DNA of 64,000 nt from an uncultured Prochlorococcus sp. (GTDB lineage Bacteria; Cyanobacteriota; Cyanobacteriia; PCC-6307; Cyanobiaceae). The notes under the pieces were generated by a model that made no database searches, was not told the DNA's origin, and worked only from the letters and a program-made list of their open reading frames with translations. This document shows, piece by piece, positions 39,276 through 50,088 of this stretch. The stretch spans positions 4,417 to 68,416 of the forward strand of contig CACHVD010000004.1 in NCBI GenBank assembly GCA_902583265.1, in the 5' to 3' direction. Position 1 is the stretch's first letter. The number at the start of each line of letters is the position of its first letter. A program made the translations under genes and the position numbers.

Positions 39276-40187
39276 ATCTACTCTCTTTTTATAAATATTA
39301 TTCCTTTCTTGATTTTTGGTTTTTTTCTTGGGAAAAAAAAACCAAGAATTTCTGAATATATTGCAAGGCATTTAATAAGATTTGGGATTCCACTTAGTGT
39401 AATGGGCCTTTTATTAAAAGAGGGTATAGATTTAAACCTCATTAAAAGTGCGTTATTAGCATTTTCCACAATTGGATTTTTGATAGTTCTCTTAAATACA
39501 TTCCCAATTTTTAAGAAAAGACTTCCAAATTACACCTTGCAGCTGGCAGGACTAATAGGAAATACATCTTTTCTTGGAATACCAATTGCAATGGCTCTTC
39601 TTCCTTCAAAAACAATCAACTTTACTATTGGATTTGACTTGGGAACGACTCTATTTGCATGGATATTTGGACCTCTCTTTCTTCAAGAAAAATCTATCGA
39701 AAAGAACATTCCAAATATCAAAGTATTATTAAATGCATTGATAAATAGTCCTGCATCAAGAGGGATTATAGGAGTACTTCTAGCATACATTTTTCAAATA
39801 GATGGGCTATTGGGCAATTTTCTTTGGATACCTGCAAGAATAGTTATTGCTCTGGCAATAATAATTGTGGGAACAAGACTTGGATTAATAACAAATCAAA
39901 AGGGGAAATTTTTTGATCTTAATGAAGAAATTAAATTCTCAATTTTATTAAAGTTATTTATTCTTCCTTTTATTATTTTTTTTGTAAGCAAATTATTTAA
40001 TTTTGACTTTTATCAATCATCAGCAGTTATTCTTCAAGCAGGGACCCCAACAGCAATATCGACAATTTTAATGGCAGAGGCTTATGGAGTAAAACAAAAA
40101 ATCGCTTCCAAAATTCTATTTACTACAACTTTAATTTCAATAGTTACAATCCCCCTATTAAAGGTTGCTATAAATGTATCTAATTAA
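39276..40187 (+). CDS. AEC (auxin efflux carrier)-family transporter (start uncertain: TTG 39309 or upstream ATC 39276)
   Basis: GNTSFLGIP, LLKLFILP, LQAGTPTA..LMAEAYG. Confidence 0.88.
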   Translation: MYSLFINIIPFLIFGFFLGKKKPRISEYIARHLIRFGIPLSVMGLLLKEGIDLNLIKSALLAFSTIGFLIVLLNTFPIFKKRLPNYTLQLAGLIGNTSFLGIPIAMALLPSKTINFTIGFDLGTTLFAWIFGPLFLQEKSIEKNIPNIKVLLNALINSPASRGIIGVLLAYIFQIDGLLGNFLWIPARIVIALAIIIVGTRLGLITNQKGKFFDLNEEIKFSILLKLFILPFIIFFVSKLFNFDFYQSSAVILQAGTPTAISTILMAEAYGVKQKIASKILFTTTLISIVTIPLLKVAINVSN

Positions 40188-40273
40188 ACAAACTAAGTTT
40201 AACTTAGAGCACGATTAATCCAAATTGTAAACATTATGTCCTGATAACTACATAATGTCTTAAGATTTAGGTT

Positions 40274-40525
40274 ATGAAGTCAGTAAATCCTGAAAATGAA
40301 TATATTCCTTTAGATATTAGGATTTCTGTGAGGAGAGATACCCTAAGGCTCATCTCAGAAATGGCGCAAGATATGGGGATAAGCATTAATGAAGTTTTTA
40401 GTTTTTTAGCCGAAGATTCTGTCATTGATCTCGAATTACTCGAAGATTTGAATAAAATTGAAATACCTAATAAGTGCAGTCTTGATGATCTAAAAAACGA
40501 GCTACTAAAAAAAAGGCTATGTTAA
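40274..40525 (+). CDS. Small hypothetical protein (possibly ribbon-helix-helix-like)
   Basis: LDIRISVRRDTLRLISEMAQDMGISINEV, a strand-helix-helix pattern. Confidence 0.6.
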   Translation: MKSVNPENEYIPLDIRISVRRDTLRLISEMAQDMGISINEVFSFLAEDSVIDLELLEDLNKIEIPNKCSLDDLKNELLKKRLC

Positions 40526-42327
40526 AATTTCTCAACTTGTATATTCTTCCAATTAGATTTATATCCACCATTAATTAAAAATTCTGAATATTCGTTTAAA
40601 TCTTTTTTATTTACTCGCCACAAGTTATATATTCCATATCGCCCCAATTTTTTATGATTAATATTTGACCAATGCGCTTCTTGGGAAGAATAGTCATCTA
40701 TAACTATCAATAAAGATTTGTATTCATAATTAGGCTCATCCTGATAATTTTTTCTTCTATCCGTATTTAGTCTTTCTGTCAGATTAATTAATCCTTCTTG
40801 AGTATTAGATTCATAAAAAACTATTTGTCGAGAATAATAATGTAAAGATGGTTTTCTTATGCCTATCATCGCCAAGGTTTCCTTTCCTTCGCGATTATCT
40901 AAAATTAATTTTGAGATATTCCTCAAAGGGAGTTGCCTTGACGTATCTGCTAATTTTCTGATCGGAGACATTAAAAAATATTGCCCAATAAAAAGTATAA
41001 TTTGGAGATAAAGAAATATATTTTTGGATTTTAAAGAAAATAAAATTATCGCAAAAAGTGTCAATAAAAAGAAGAAGAATTTGGCTTTAAAAATTATTCC
41101 AGAGCTTATTAATTCAGATGCAAGTTTAGGCATCTCGGGATCATTTATTAAACCCAACCAAATATTTGAGAAAAAGAATGCTATTGATACTCCGAAAAAA
41201 ATAAAAATATTAAAAATCCATAAATATATATAAGTTTTATTTGTATTTTTTAAGCTTATAAAGCTATTACTGATTAGAACTGCTGCTGCTGGAATTGCTG
41301 GCAACCAATAGCTTGGCAATTTCGTTGCAGAAATACTAAAGAAAATTAATACTGCCGATAGCCAGCATAGAGAATATGTATAAAGGCTGTTAGAGATCTC
41401 ACAACTATCTTTTAAACTTTTCAATAACTCCTCAAAGGATTTAAATATTCCGTGATACAAAAATGGGGTAAATGGTAACGAAGCCAAAATCATTATGTAA
41501 AGAAAAAACCATATCGGTTCTGAATGATTATTAACAACAGATGTATATCTTTGGAAATTATGATAACCAAAAAAGTTGTCCCAAAAAGGCTTTCCTTCTT
41601 TTAATAATTCTAAGATATACCATGGAACACTTATTAGGATTGTTATTAAAAAACCTTTCTTGGGGTTTATCTTGTAAAGCAAAGTTCTCCAATCTTTTTC
41701 AATAATTAAAAAAAATGTGATAGTCAATGTTGCCAAAACAAATGCAACAGGTCCTTTAGTTAAAATTGCAAAACCCAAAAATGCCCACGCTGAAATACAT
41801 TCATCATCATTTTCACTTGCCATGCGTCTCCAAAACAAAAGAAGACTGATCCCTAAGGTTCCTGTTAAAAGAGCATCACTTACAGCAGTTCTACTCCAGA
41901 TTATTATTAATGGAGACAGAGCGAAAGCTAGTGATGCCACTATTGGAGTAAGAAATTGCTTATCACCTTTCTGAGGCCAACAAAACAACGTATCTGAAAT
42001 CATCAACATTAAAAATAGTGATGCCAAAGATGAAGGTAGTCTTGCAGAGAGAGTCCCTAAACTATCCCAAATCTCATTTTTCGGTAATGAGTAAAAAAAA
42101 CCCATTAACCAATAAATTAGTGGAGGCTTGTCAAAACGGAATATGCCATTGACTTTTGGAGTTACCCAATCACCAGATTCACTCATTCCTCTTGCTGCAG
42201 CGGCGAATAAAGGAGGCGTTTCATCCACTAGTCCTGTTGTCCCTAAATCTAGAATAAATATAATGATCCCAAAGATTAAAACAATCAATAAAGTGGCAAG
42301 CCTTTTTTTTGAGTTAAAAAGAATCAT
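40522..42327 (-). CDS. ArnT/PMT-like GT-C glycosyltransferase
   Basis: DETPPLF, RFDKPPLIYW, LTKGP, TKLPSYWLP; multiple TM helices. Confidence 0.9.
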   Translation of the reverse strand: MILFNSKKRLATLLIVLIFGIIIFILDLGTTGLVDETPPLFAAAARGMSESGDWVTPKVNGIFRFDKPPLIYWLMGFFYSLPKNEIWDSLGTLSARLPSSLASLFLMLMISDTLFCWPQKGDKQFLTPIVASLAFALSPLIIIWSRTAVSDALLTGTLGISLLLFWRRMASENDDECISAWAFLGFAILTKGPVAFVLATLTITFFLIIEKDWRTLLYKINPKKGFLITILISVPWYILELLKEGKPFWDNFFGYHNFQRYTSVVNNHSEPIWFFLYIMILASLPFTPFLYHGIFKSFEELLKSLKDSCEISNSLYTYSLCWLSAVLIFFSISATKLPSYWLPAIPAAAVLISNSFISLKNTNKTYIYLWIFNIFIFFGVSIAFFFSNIWLGLINDPEMPKLASELISSGIIFKAKFFFFLLTLFAIILFSLKSKNIFLYLQIILFIGQYFLMSPIRKLADTSRQLPLRNISKLILDNREGKETLAMIGIRKPSLHYYSRQIVFYESNTQEGLINLTERLNTDRRKNYQDEPNYEYKSLLIVIDDYSSQEAHWSNINHKKLGRYGIYNLWRVNKKDLNEYSEFLINGGYKSNWKNIQVEKF

Positions 42328-42340
42328 TTACTAAACTATT

Positions 42341-43417
42341 TTACTTGTATTGATTGATTACTTTATTAAGCCAGCTCACAACCTTGTTAGCAAATATCTC
42401 TGTAGAGGCATTTTTTTCTACCCATTCTCTACATTTTTTGCGATTTATTTTTTCAATAATCTCTACATAAGAAAGCATGGTTTCTTTATCATCGGGATCT
42501 GCAAGATATCCTGTTTTGCCATGCTGAATAATTTCACTAGGTCCTCCTCTTTTGTAAGCTACTACAGGCACCCCACAGGCTAAAGCCTCTACAATAACGT
42601 TTCCATATGCTTCATTCCATTTCGGCGTATTTAGCAAAACCCTACATTTACCAAGTTGTTTTTGTAATTCATTTGTAGATAAAAACCCCATCCAATCTAT
42701 AGTTCCTCGAGGATATGATTGTTCTATTTTTGAGGCGTAGTTCTCGTCTTCTATGACTCCCCAAACATTTAGTTTTTCTTCAAGTTCGTTTGCCACATAA
42801 ACTGCATCTTCTAAACCTTTTTCCGGAGCAACTCTTCCAACCCAACCCAATGGTCCCTTAATAGAGTCTTGAAAAATATAATTGTCTAATTTAAAACCAT
42901 TCCCAATTATTGTTGGTTTTCTTATAAATGGATAATCATTGGCTTGTATTTTCGAATGAAAAGCAAAACTATATGGATATTTTGTATATACCTTTGAGAT
43001 TAAATTACTAATTACTGAACTTTCAGAACCCATACTAATAAGATGAGCAATGGGAATATCTAAATTTAATGTCATCCAAATAGGTAACCAATCATAAGAC
43101 ATGTTCAATAATACATCTGCTTTTTTGGCAATATCTAATCCTTTTTCAAGCATGCCTGCCAGAAGCGAATTGTCAGGAATACTTACAGGGGAATTATAAT
43201 TTTGATGCTGCCAGCTAACTTGATCTTCACCCTCTACAAAATGTAATTTTGCTTTTTCATTACTTTTGTATAATTTAGAATTTTTAGGAGCTACCACCTC
43301 TACCGAGTGGCCTAAAGAAAGCAAACCTGAAACTAAGGAATTTAGAGTTAATTCAACTCCTCCGCCTTTACCGCTTCCCAGGAAACCTATTGGAGTACTA
43401 ATTAAAACTATTCGCAT
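42341..43417 (-). CDS. GT4 glycosyltransferase (likely start ATG 43417)
   Basis: GGGVE, GRVAPEKG, EAYGNVIVEALACGVPV. Confidence 0.9.
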   Translation of the reverse strand: MRIVLISTPIGFLGSGKGGGVELTLNSLVSGLLSLGHSVEVVAPKNSKLYKSNEKAKLHFVEGEDQVSWQHQNYNSPVSIPDNSLLAGMLEKGLDIAKKADVLLNMSYDWLPIWMTLNLDIPIAHLISMGSESSVISNLISKVYTKYPYSFAFHSKIQANDYPFIRKPTIIGNGFKLDNYIFQDSIKGPLGWVGRVAPEKGLEDAVYVANELEEKLNVWGVIEDENYASKIEQSYPRGTIDWMGFLSTNELQKQLGKCRVLLNTPKWNEAYGNVIVEALACGVPVVAYKRGGPSEIIQHGKTGYLADPDDKETMLSYVEIIEKINRKKCREWVEKNASTEIFANKVVSWLNKVINQYK

Positions 43418-43445
43418 TATTATACTTTTTACACTAAGAAACTTC

Positions 43446-44387
43446 CTAAATAGTAGTGTCAGTAAATTTATTTTCCCATAATGACCTTCTCTGGCTAACA
43501 AAAAATACCGAGATAATAACTAAAATGACACCTATCCATTGAATAATAGTTAGTCTTTCATCTAACCAAATGCCTCCACTTAAAAGGGCAAATACAGGTG
43601 TGAAAAATGCAAGAGTACTAAATCCAGTTATCTCTTTATTATTTGCAAAGTAGAAAAACAATCCATAAGCTATTGCTCCTCCAAAGATACTTGCGAATGA
43701 CATAAGACCCCAATCAAATATTGACCAATTTGGAATTATTTGAAAATTTGATTGTAAGCAATGCTTGATAATTAAGGGGAAACTTCCTAAAACCATGTGC
43801 CATCCAGTAACTGTAACTGGATCACTTTTAGTACAAGTAAACCTTATTAAAATTGTTCCCAGTGCCATTGCCAGAGAAGCCGCAAGCATCCAAAGTTCTC
43901 CAAAATTGAATGTCACATCACTTATAGCCTTATCAGACATAAGCCACCAGTTTTCTAATAATTCTTGAGGGACACCTAAGAATACAATTCCTCCCAAGCC
44001 AAAAAGTAAACCTAACCACCCTATTGGATTAATTAAATTCCCAAAAATTGCCCTTGCTAAAATTGCCACCAAAAGTGGTTGAGAATCAATCAATACAGAC
44101 CCAAGACCTGCCCCAGTTTCTGCAATACCATAAGTTAAAAATAACTGAAAAAAAGTCGCATCGACTATTGTAAAAACGAAAAACCACTTCAAATCGCACC
44201 TATAAATTTTTAAATCTCTTTTTAACAAATATGTTGTTATTAGAACAAGAATTCCTGCAGGTAGTAATCTTAAAGAAGCCACTAACTCTGGTCCAGCACT
44301 AGATACTAAAGGAGTCATAGCGGCCATAGAAGTCCCCCAAAGTGCGAAAGGGAGTATCATTAAAAACCAATTTAGGATTGAATTCAT
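43446..44387 (-). CDS. DMT/EamA-family transporter
   Basis: About 10 TM in two repeats; LWGT, RLLPAG, SQPLLVA, TPVFA. Confidence 0.9.
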   Translation of the reverse strand: MNSILNWFLMILPFALWGTSMAAMTPLVSSAGPELVASLRLLPAGILVLITTYLLKRDLKIYRCDLKWFFVFTIVDATFFQLFLTYGIAETGAGLGSVLIDSQPLLVAILARAIFGNLINPIGWLGLLFGLGGIVFLGVPQELLENWWLMSDKAISDVTFNFGELWMLAASLAMALGTILIRFTCTKSDPVTVTGWHMVLGSFPLIIKHCLQSNFQIIPNWSIFDWGLMSFASIFGGAIAYGLFFYFANNKEITGFSTLAFFTPVFALLSGGIWLDERLTIIQWIGVILVIISVFFVSQRRSLWENKFTDTTI

Positions 44388-44438
44388 TAGGTCTGCTGAT
44401 AATCTTTTTAGAGTAGTTTTAAGTTTTACCTAAAAAGA

Positions 44439-45248
44439 ATGATTTGGCCTTTTAGACGAAAGTCAAAAAAAAGAATGGCTCGTATTTTAATTAATGAGCC
44501 TATTACAAGTTCTACAAGAGATTCTGTCCTAAAAGCTCTTAAACAAATAGAGGATAGAGAATTTCCTGCATTAATCGTGAGAATTGATTCTCCAGGAGGT
44601 ACAGTTGGTGACAGCCAAGAAATATACTCTGCCATTAAGAGACTAAAAGATAAGGGATGCAAAGTCATTGCTAGTTTTGGGAACATATCGGCATCTGGAG
44701 GTGTTTACATTGGTGTTGCATCTGACAAAATAGTCGCAAATCCTGGCACAATAACAGGATCTATAGGAGTAATTATAAGGGGAAATAACTTATCTGAATT
44801 GTTAGATAAAATTGGCATAAAATTTGAGACTGTTAAAAGCGGTGTATTTAAAGATATACTTTCTCCAGATAAACCTTTAAGTGAAGAAGGTAGAGGACTG
44901 CTTCAAGGCCTTATTGATGAAAGCTACAGACAATTTACCGAAGCTGTTGCCGAAGGGAGAAATTTACCTGTTGAAGAAGTAAGAAAATTTGCCGATGGAA
45001 GAATTTTTACTGGAACGCAAGCAAAAGAATTGGGTCTTGTTGATGAAGTTGGAGATGAGTTTGTTGCCAGGGAACTTGCTGCAAAAATGGTTAATATTGA
45101 TTCTAAAATTGAGCCTTTAACATTTGGAAAGAAAAAAAAGAAAATACTTGGACTAATTCCGGGAGGTAAAATTATCCAAAAAGTTATCAATAGTATCTTT
45201 TTTGAGATTGATTCATCCAATAAAATACTTTGGTTATATAAGCCCTAG
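44439..45248 (+). CDS. sppA: Signal peptide peptidase SppA
   Basis: IDSPGG, ASGGVY, TGSIGV, SGVFKD. Confidence 0.95.
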   Translation: MIWPFRRKSKKRMARILINEPITSSTRDSVLKALKQIEDREFPALIVRIDSPGGTVGDSQEIYSAIKRLKDKGCKVIASFGNISASGGVYIGVASDKIVANPGTITGSIGVIIRGNNLSELLDKIGIKFETVKSGVFKDILSPDKPLSEEGRGLLQGLIDESYRQFTEAVAEGRNLPVEEVRKFADGRIFTGTQAKELGLVDEVGDEFVARELAAKMVNIDSKIEPLTFGKKKKKILGLIPGGKIIQKVINSIFFEIDSSNKILWLYKP

Positions 45249-45254
45249 ATCTAT

Positions 45255-45638
45255 ATGAACGAAAAAACAAAATATAATTACAATATTGCATTTATTCGAG
45301 GAGCAACTACGGCATCTGGGAATTCTGTTAAAGAAATCGAGGATGCCGTAGTTGAATTAATAGATGAATTAATTTCACGCAATAACCTAATTAAAGCAAA
45401 TTTATTATCCATTACATTCACCGCAACAAAAGATTTAGATGCATGTTTCCCTGCTTCTATAGCAAGGAAATGTAACGGACTTGATTCAGTAGCTTTTATA
45501 GACTGTCAACAAATGTATGTGCCTAACGATATAGATTTTTGCATAAGAATAATGGCACAAGCCTTATTACCGCCAAATAATCCCATAAATCATCCTTATT
45601 TAAGAGGTGCTTCAAAATTAAGGACAGATAGATGTTAA
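45255..45638 (+). CDS. aroH: Chorismate mutase, AroH class
   Basis: IRGATT, FTATKDLDACFPA, CIR, YLRGA..LR.D. Confidence 0.93.
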   Translation: MNEKTKYNYNIAFIRGATTASGNSVKEIEDAVVELIDELISRNNLIKANLLSITFTATKDLDACFPASIARKCNGLDSVAFIDCQQMYVPNDIDFCIRIMAQALLPPNNPINHPYLRGASKLRTDRC

Positions 45639-45707
45639 CCTTATTAAAGAATTTTCTACCTTAAATTTGGATAGACACACTTAATCCTTTAAAAATTTAG
45701 TTAATCA

Positions 45708-46289
45708 ATGTTAAAAAAAACAACGAAACATACTTTAAATTTTAAGATTTTAAAATTTTTTCTTATCCCTACAATTTTAGTTTCAACTCCATTTTTTAAT
45801 AAATTCCAAGATGCTAGAGCAGGGTTAGAATTCCAGTGGGATCAAGACTCGGGGCATAGACGATTAAAGTGGTTTCAAAAAGAAAATAGACGTAAATTTA
45901 GAAATACGATTTATTTTTTCTTGAGACCATCTGATAGAAGAACTGATCTTTTAAAAATAAATCTAGCCATTCCCAAAAGTTTTAAAGCAAATTTAGATAC
46001 AGAAAAAATAAGTATTTGTAAGGTAAGAATAGGTGGATTTGAAAGTCGTACTAAATGTTTAGAGGATCTTCCAGCAGATATTGAAATCAATACTGATGAA
46101 TCGTCACTGCGTTCATTAAACATTTACCCTTATAGTCCAATTCCCTCTAATAAAGAAAGTTATGCCATTGTATTAAAAAAAGTAAGTAATCCAAAAAGAT
46201 CAGGACTATATCAATTCCATTCATATGGTCAGCCTAAAGGGGAGTCCGTTTCAAGATATTTAGGAAGTTGGACCATAGTGATCGATTAA
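45708..46289 (+). CDS. DUF2808-like secreted protein
   Basis: Signal peptide, NPKRSGLYQF, YLGSW; lies upstream of rpmH. Confidence 0.75.
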   Translation: MLKKTTKHTLNFKILKFFLIPTILVSTPFFNKFQDARAGLEFQWDQDSGHRRLKWFQKENRRKFRNTIYFFLRPSDRRTDLLKINLAIPKSFKANLDTEKISICKVRIGGFESRTKCLEDLPADIEINTDESSLRSLNIYPYSPIPSNKESYAIVLKKVSNPKRSGLYQFHSYGQPKGESVSRYLGSWTIVID

Positions 46290-46319
46290 ATGATAAATTA
46301 ATTAGGGGTAATTAAAAAA

Positions 46320-46457
46320 ATGACTAAAAGAACTTTCGGCGGGACTTCAAGAAAAAGAAAACGTGTGTCTGGTTTTAGGGTGAGAATGCGTTCTCATACT
46401 GGTAGAAGAGTTATAAAAAGTAGAAGGCAAAAAGGTAGAGAAAGAATAGCTGTTTAA
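46320..46457 (+). CDS. rpmH: 50S ribosomal protein L34 (not in track)
   Basis: [45 protein letters not shown]. Confidence 0.97.
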
Positions 46458-46469
46458 CTCAAAATTTTA

Positions 46470-46856
46470 ATGGCCTTACCCAAAGATATGCGTTTAAAAG
46501 GTCATAGGACTTTTAATTATATTCATAAAAATTCAATGACATATCGTGGAAAATTGATGACATTTAAAGTGGCAATATCAAATCCAAAAATCCTCCTATC
46601 TCATAAACCCACAAATTGTTCAAACAATTTTAGAGTTGCAATTGCTATTAGCAAAAAAGTTTCAAAAAAAGCTGTTGAAAGAAATAAATTAAGAAGAATT
46701 CTCCAGGAGTGGTTATTAACAAATATTCAAAAAATTAATAACCACAAACCTTATTGGTTACTTGTTAACCTTAGATTTGGAGATTTCTGCAATGACAAAA
46801 ATAGACTTTTGGAGGAATTTCAAAATTTAATGTTCAAATCTCGTCTAATCAAATGA
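46470..46856 (+). CDS. rnpA: RNase P protein component
   Basis: ISKKVSKKAVERNKLRR (RNR motif); follows rpmH. Confidence 0.95.
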   Translation: MALPKDMRLKGHRTFNYIHKNSMTYRGKLMTFKVAISNPKILLSHKPTNCSNNFRVAIAISKKVSKKAVERNKLRRILQEWLLTNIQKINNHKPYWLLVNLRFGDFCNDKNRLLEEFQNLMFKSRLIK

Positions 46857-47266
46857 TTAACATGAATGAAGAAATCTTTTATGAAGGTGGTCCTGCAAAA
46901 AGTGATTTAATAATAAATTTACTAGCAGGTGTAACTCTCCTTGGTTTGCCATTTACCTTTGCTGCAATTGTTAGAGCTTTGTGGTTGAGATATAAAATTA
47001 CAAACAAAAGAATTACAATAGATGGTGGGTGGTTTGGCAAAAACAAAACACAAGTATCATTAAGTAATATCGAAGAAATCAGATCTATTCCAAGGGGATT
47101 TGGATCATATGGTGATATGGTTCTTATTCTTAATGATGGAGCAAAGGTTGAAATGAAATCATTACCTTTATTTAGAGAAAAGCAAAAATTTATTGAAGAA
47201 AAAATAAATAAAAGATCTCAAATTCCAAATCTTAACGAGGTACAAGGATTTGCTACTAAATCCTAA
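46853..47266 (+). CDS. Bacterial PH-domain membrane protein
   Basis: YKITNKRI..GG..G, GYGDMV pattern; lies in the rnpA-yidC operon. Confidence 0.8.
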   Translation: MINMNEEIFYEGGPAKSDLIINLLAGVTLLGLPFTFAAIVRALWLRYKITNKRITIDGGWFGKNKTQVSLSNIEEIRSIPRGFGSYGDMVLILNDGAKVEMKSLPLFREKQKFIEEKINKRSQIPNLNEVQGFATKS

Positions 47267-47338
47267 ATAAACTAATTACAAAAACCTTTTTTTCCTGTAA
47301 AATAAAATGTCTAGTAAAATTTCACTCTCTTTAATATC

Positions 47339-48481
47339 GTGATAGGGTTCATTTCTGAAAAACTACTTATCCCGATTCTAGATTTTTTCTACGGTTTAGT
47401 CCCTAGTTATGGTTTAGCAATTGTTGCATTAACAGTTGTAATTAGAATTGCACTTTTCCCTTTAAGCGCTGGTTCTATTAGAAGTGCAAGAAGAATGAAA
47501 ATTGCTCAACCGGTAATGCAAAAAAGGCAAGCAGAAATAAAATCTAAGTTTTCAGGTGATCCAAAGAAACAGCAAGAAGAATTAGGAAAACTAATGAATG
47601 AGTTTGGAAGCCCTCTAGCGGGTTGCCTTCCTTTAATTGTACAAATGCCTGTATTATTTGCTTTATTTGCTACATTAAGGGGCTCACCATTTGCTGATGT
47701 TCCTTACAACATAAATCTTAAGGTGGTTCCACAGGATCAGATTGCAGCCATTGATCCAAAACCATATAAATCCCCAAGACACTCTATATTCATTACAGAA
47801 AAATCTCATTTTCCTGTAATAGCCACCATTCCTAATGGAACAAAATTAGGAACAGAAGAATCAATCAAAATAAATTTGCAAACAACAAATGGAAATAATT
47901 ATTTGGAAGTTTTATCAAAATACGATAATGGTTCTAAATTCCTCCCTACTTGGAAGGTCTCAAAAGGATCTGAAAACCTAAAAGTTTCCCAAGATGGTAC
48001 CGTAACTGCGATTAAACCGGGAGATGCAACAATTGAGGCAAAAATTCCTGGTTTAGCTGCTAAAAGCGGTTTTCTTTTTATTAAAGCTCTTGGTCAAGTT
48101 GGTTTTTATGTAGATGGAGCTATTAATTGGGATATTGCTGCACTTGTTGGTGCCTTTGGATTAACCCTACTTCTCTCACAACTTTTGTCTAGTCAGGGTA
48201 TGCCTGCAAATCCACAGCAATCAACTGCGAACAAAATTACACCAGTTATGATTACAGGTATGTTTTTGTTTTTCCCTCTCCCAGCAGGTGTATTGCTATA
48301 TATGGTTGTTGCCAATATATTTCAAGCATTTCAAACATTTCTTCTTAATAAGGAAGCTCTTCCTGAGAATCTACAGAAAATCTTGGATCAACAACTACTA
48401 GCCAAAAATGAAGTAATAACAACCTCAACTTCAACTATCTCAGATAAAAGATTACCTTTTGAACCAAATAGCAAAAAATAG
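47339..48481 (+). CDS. yidC: Membrane protein insertase YidC
   Basis: [38 protein letters not shown]. Confidence 0.97.
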   Translation: MIGFISEKLLIPILDFFYGLVPSYGLAIVALTVVIRIALFPLSAGSIRSARRMKIAQPVMQKRQAEIKSKFSGDPKKQQEELGKLMNEFGSPLAGCLPLIVQMPVLFALFATLRGSPFADVPYNINLKVVPQDQIAAIDPKPYKSPRHSIFITEKSHFPVIATIPNGTKLGTEESIKINLQTTNGNNYLEVLSKYDNGSKFLPTWKVSKGSENLKVSQDGTVTAIKPGDATIEAKIPGLAAKSGFLFIKALGQVGFYVDGAINWDIAALVGAFGLTLLLSQLLSSQGMPANPQQSTANKITPVMITGMFLFFPLPAGVLLYMVVANIFQAFQTFLLNKEALPENLQKILDQQLLAKNEVITTSTSTISDKRLPFEPNSKK

Positions 48482-48496
48482 TCTTAATCTTATATA

Positions 48497-49963
48497 ATGA
48501 ATTCTTGGTGTAGAAATTTAGAATTACTTATAAAATCAAGATCTTCATTAATTTGGATAAGGACTAAAGAAGAGGAAAGATTAGAAAAGTTAGTAAATTT
48601 ATCTTGTGAAAAGTTAAATATCAAAAGATTCATTTCCTGGGATTGTGTTAACGGTATTAAAGGATTAATAAATGCAGAAGGTAAGTTTTCCAACAATCCA
48701 TTAGGAGTTCTTAATTGGCTTAAGGAACAAAATCCTGGAGCATCGATAATATTATTGGTTAAAGATTTTCATAAATTTTATGATGATCCAACTATTAATA
48801 GAACTATAAAAGAACTATCTTCTGAGCTTAAGGAAACTAGTCATAATCTAATTATTAGTTCACATCAATTTCCTTCATCAGAAGAGCTTGACGAATTAAT
48901 GACAATTATAAACTTACCTTTACCTGATCAAAATGAATTAAAAAATTTAATAAAAAAAATTGCTGCCAATAGCAATTCAAATCTTGATGAACAAGACTTA
49001 AATAAACTTTCTGAAGCTGCAAGCGGATTAACAGAAATAAAAGTGAAGCAAGTTACTGCAAAGGCACTTGCTCAAAGAGGAAAAATAAGTAAAGAAGATA
49101 TCAAAGATATTCTTGAAGAGAAAAAACAAGTGATTGCCAGAAGCGAAATTTTAGAATTTTTTGAAGCCAAATCAAGTCAAGATGATATTGGTGGTTTAAA
49201 TGTCCTAAAAGTTTGGCTTAATCAAAGATACAGTGCCTTTTCTAAAGAAGCTAGAGACTATGGACTACCTATCCCAAAAGGAGTTTTACTTGTAGGAGCT
49301 CAAGGAACAGGGAAATCTCTGACTGCAAAATCAATTTCTAAAAGTTGGTCTATGCCGCTTCTAAGGTTAGATGTTGGAAGACTATTTTCTAGCCTTGTTG
49401 GTTCAAGCGAAGCAAGAACAAGAGAAACAATATCAAGAGCTGAAGCGATGTCCCCTTGTATTCTTTGGATTGATGAAATCGATAAAGGCTTTGGTGGTGA
49501 TGCTAGAAGCGATGGAGGGACAAGTCAAAGGGTATTGGCAAGTCTGTTAACTTGGATGTCTGAAAAAGAATCCGCCGTATTTGTAATTGCAACTGCTAAT
49601 GCTATAGATAAGCTTCCTGCTGAATTATTAAGAAAAGGTAGGTTTGATGAGATATTTTTTCTTGATTTGCCAAATTCACAAGAAAGATCAAGCATTCTTG
49701 ATTTGCACTTAAAAAGAAGAAGACCAAATTATAGTTTCCCTCTTTCCACAATTATAGACAGAACAGATGGATTCTCTGGAGCAGAACTTGAACAAGCAGT
49801 AATAGAGGGTATGCACATTTCATTCTCTGAAAATAGAGAGCTTATGGAGAAAGATTTAATAAAGGCAGTTTCTGAATTAGTTCCTTTATCCAGAACAGCC
49901 AAAGAGCAGATTGATTTCCTAAAACAATGGTCTTCTACAGGCCGGGCTCGTTCTGCATCGTAA
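48497..49963 (+). CDS. ycf46: Ycf46-like AAA+ ATPase
   Basis: GAQGTGKS Walker A, WIDEIDK Walker B, LRKGRFDEIFF. Confidence 0.88.
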   Translation: MNSWCRNLELLIKSRSSLIWIRTKEEERLEKLVNLSCEKLNIKRFISWDCVNGIKGLINAEGKFSNNPLGVLNWLKEQNPGASIILLVKDFHKFYDDPTINRTIKELSSELKETSHNLIISSHQFPSSEELDELMTIINLPLPDQNELKNLIKKIAANSNSNLDEQDLNKLSEAASGLTEIKVKQVTAKALAQRGKISKEDIKDILEEKKQVIARSEILEFFEAKSSQDDIGGLNVLKVWLNQRYSAFSKEARDYGLPIPKGVLLVGAQGTGKSLTAKSISKSWSMPLLRLDVGRLFSSLVGSSEARTRETISRAEAMSPCILWIDEIDKGFGGDARSDGGTSQRVLASLLTWMSEKESAVFVIATANAIDKLPAELLRKGRFDEIFFLDLPNSQERSSILDLHLKRRRPNYSFPLSTIIDRTDGFSGAELEQAVIEGMHISFSENRELMEKDLIKAVSELVPLSRTAKEQIDFLKQWSSTGRARSAS

Positions 49964-50088
49964 TAACTTTCTAAATTATTAAAAATAATGCATAAGTTAG
50001 GAATCAATAATTTAGTTAATTTTTCATCAAAAATCTTTAATAATGATTTTAGATTAACTATCTTAATTAAGGTATAGAACAAAAAAGA

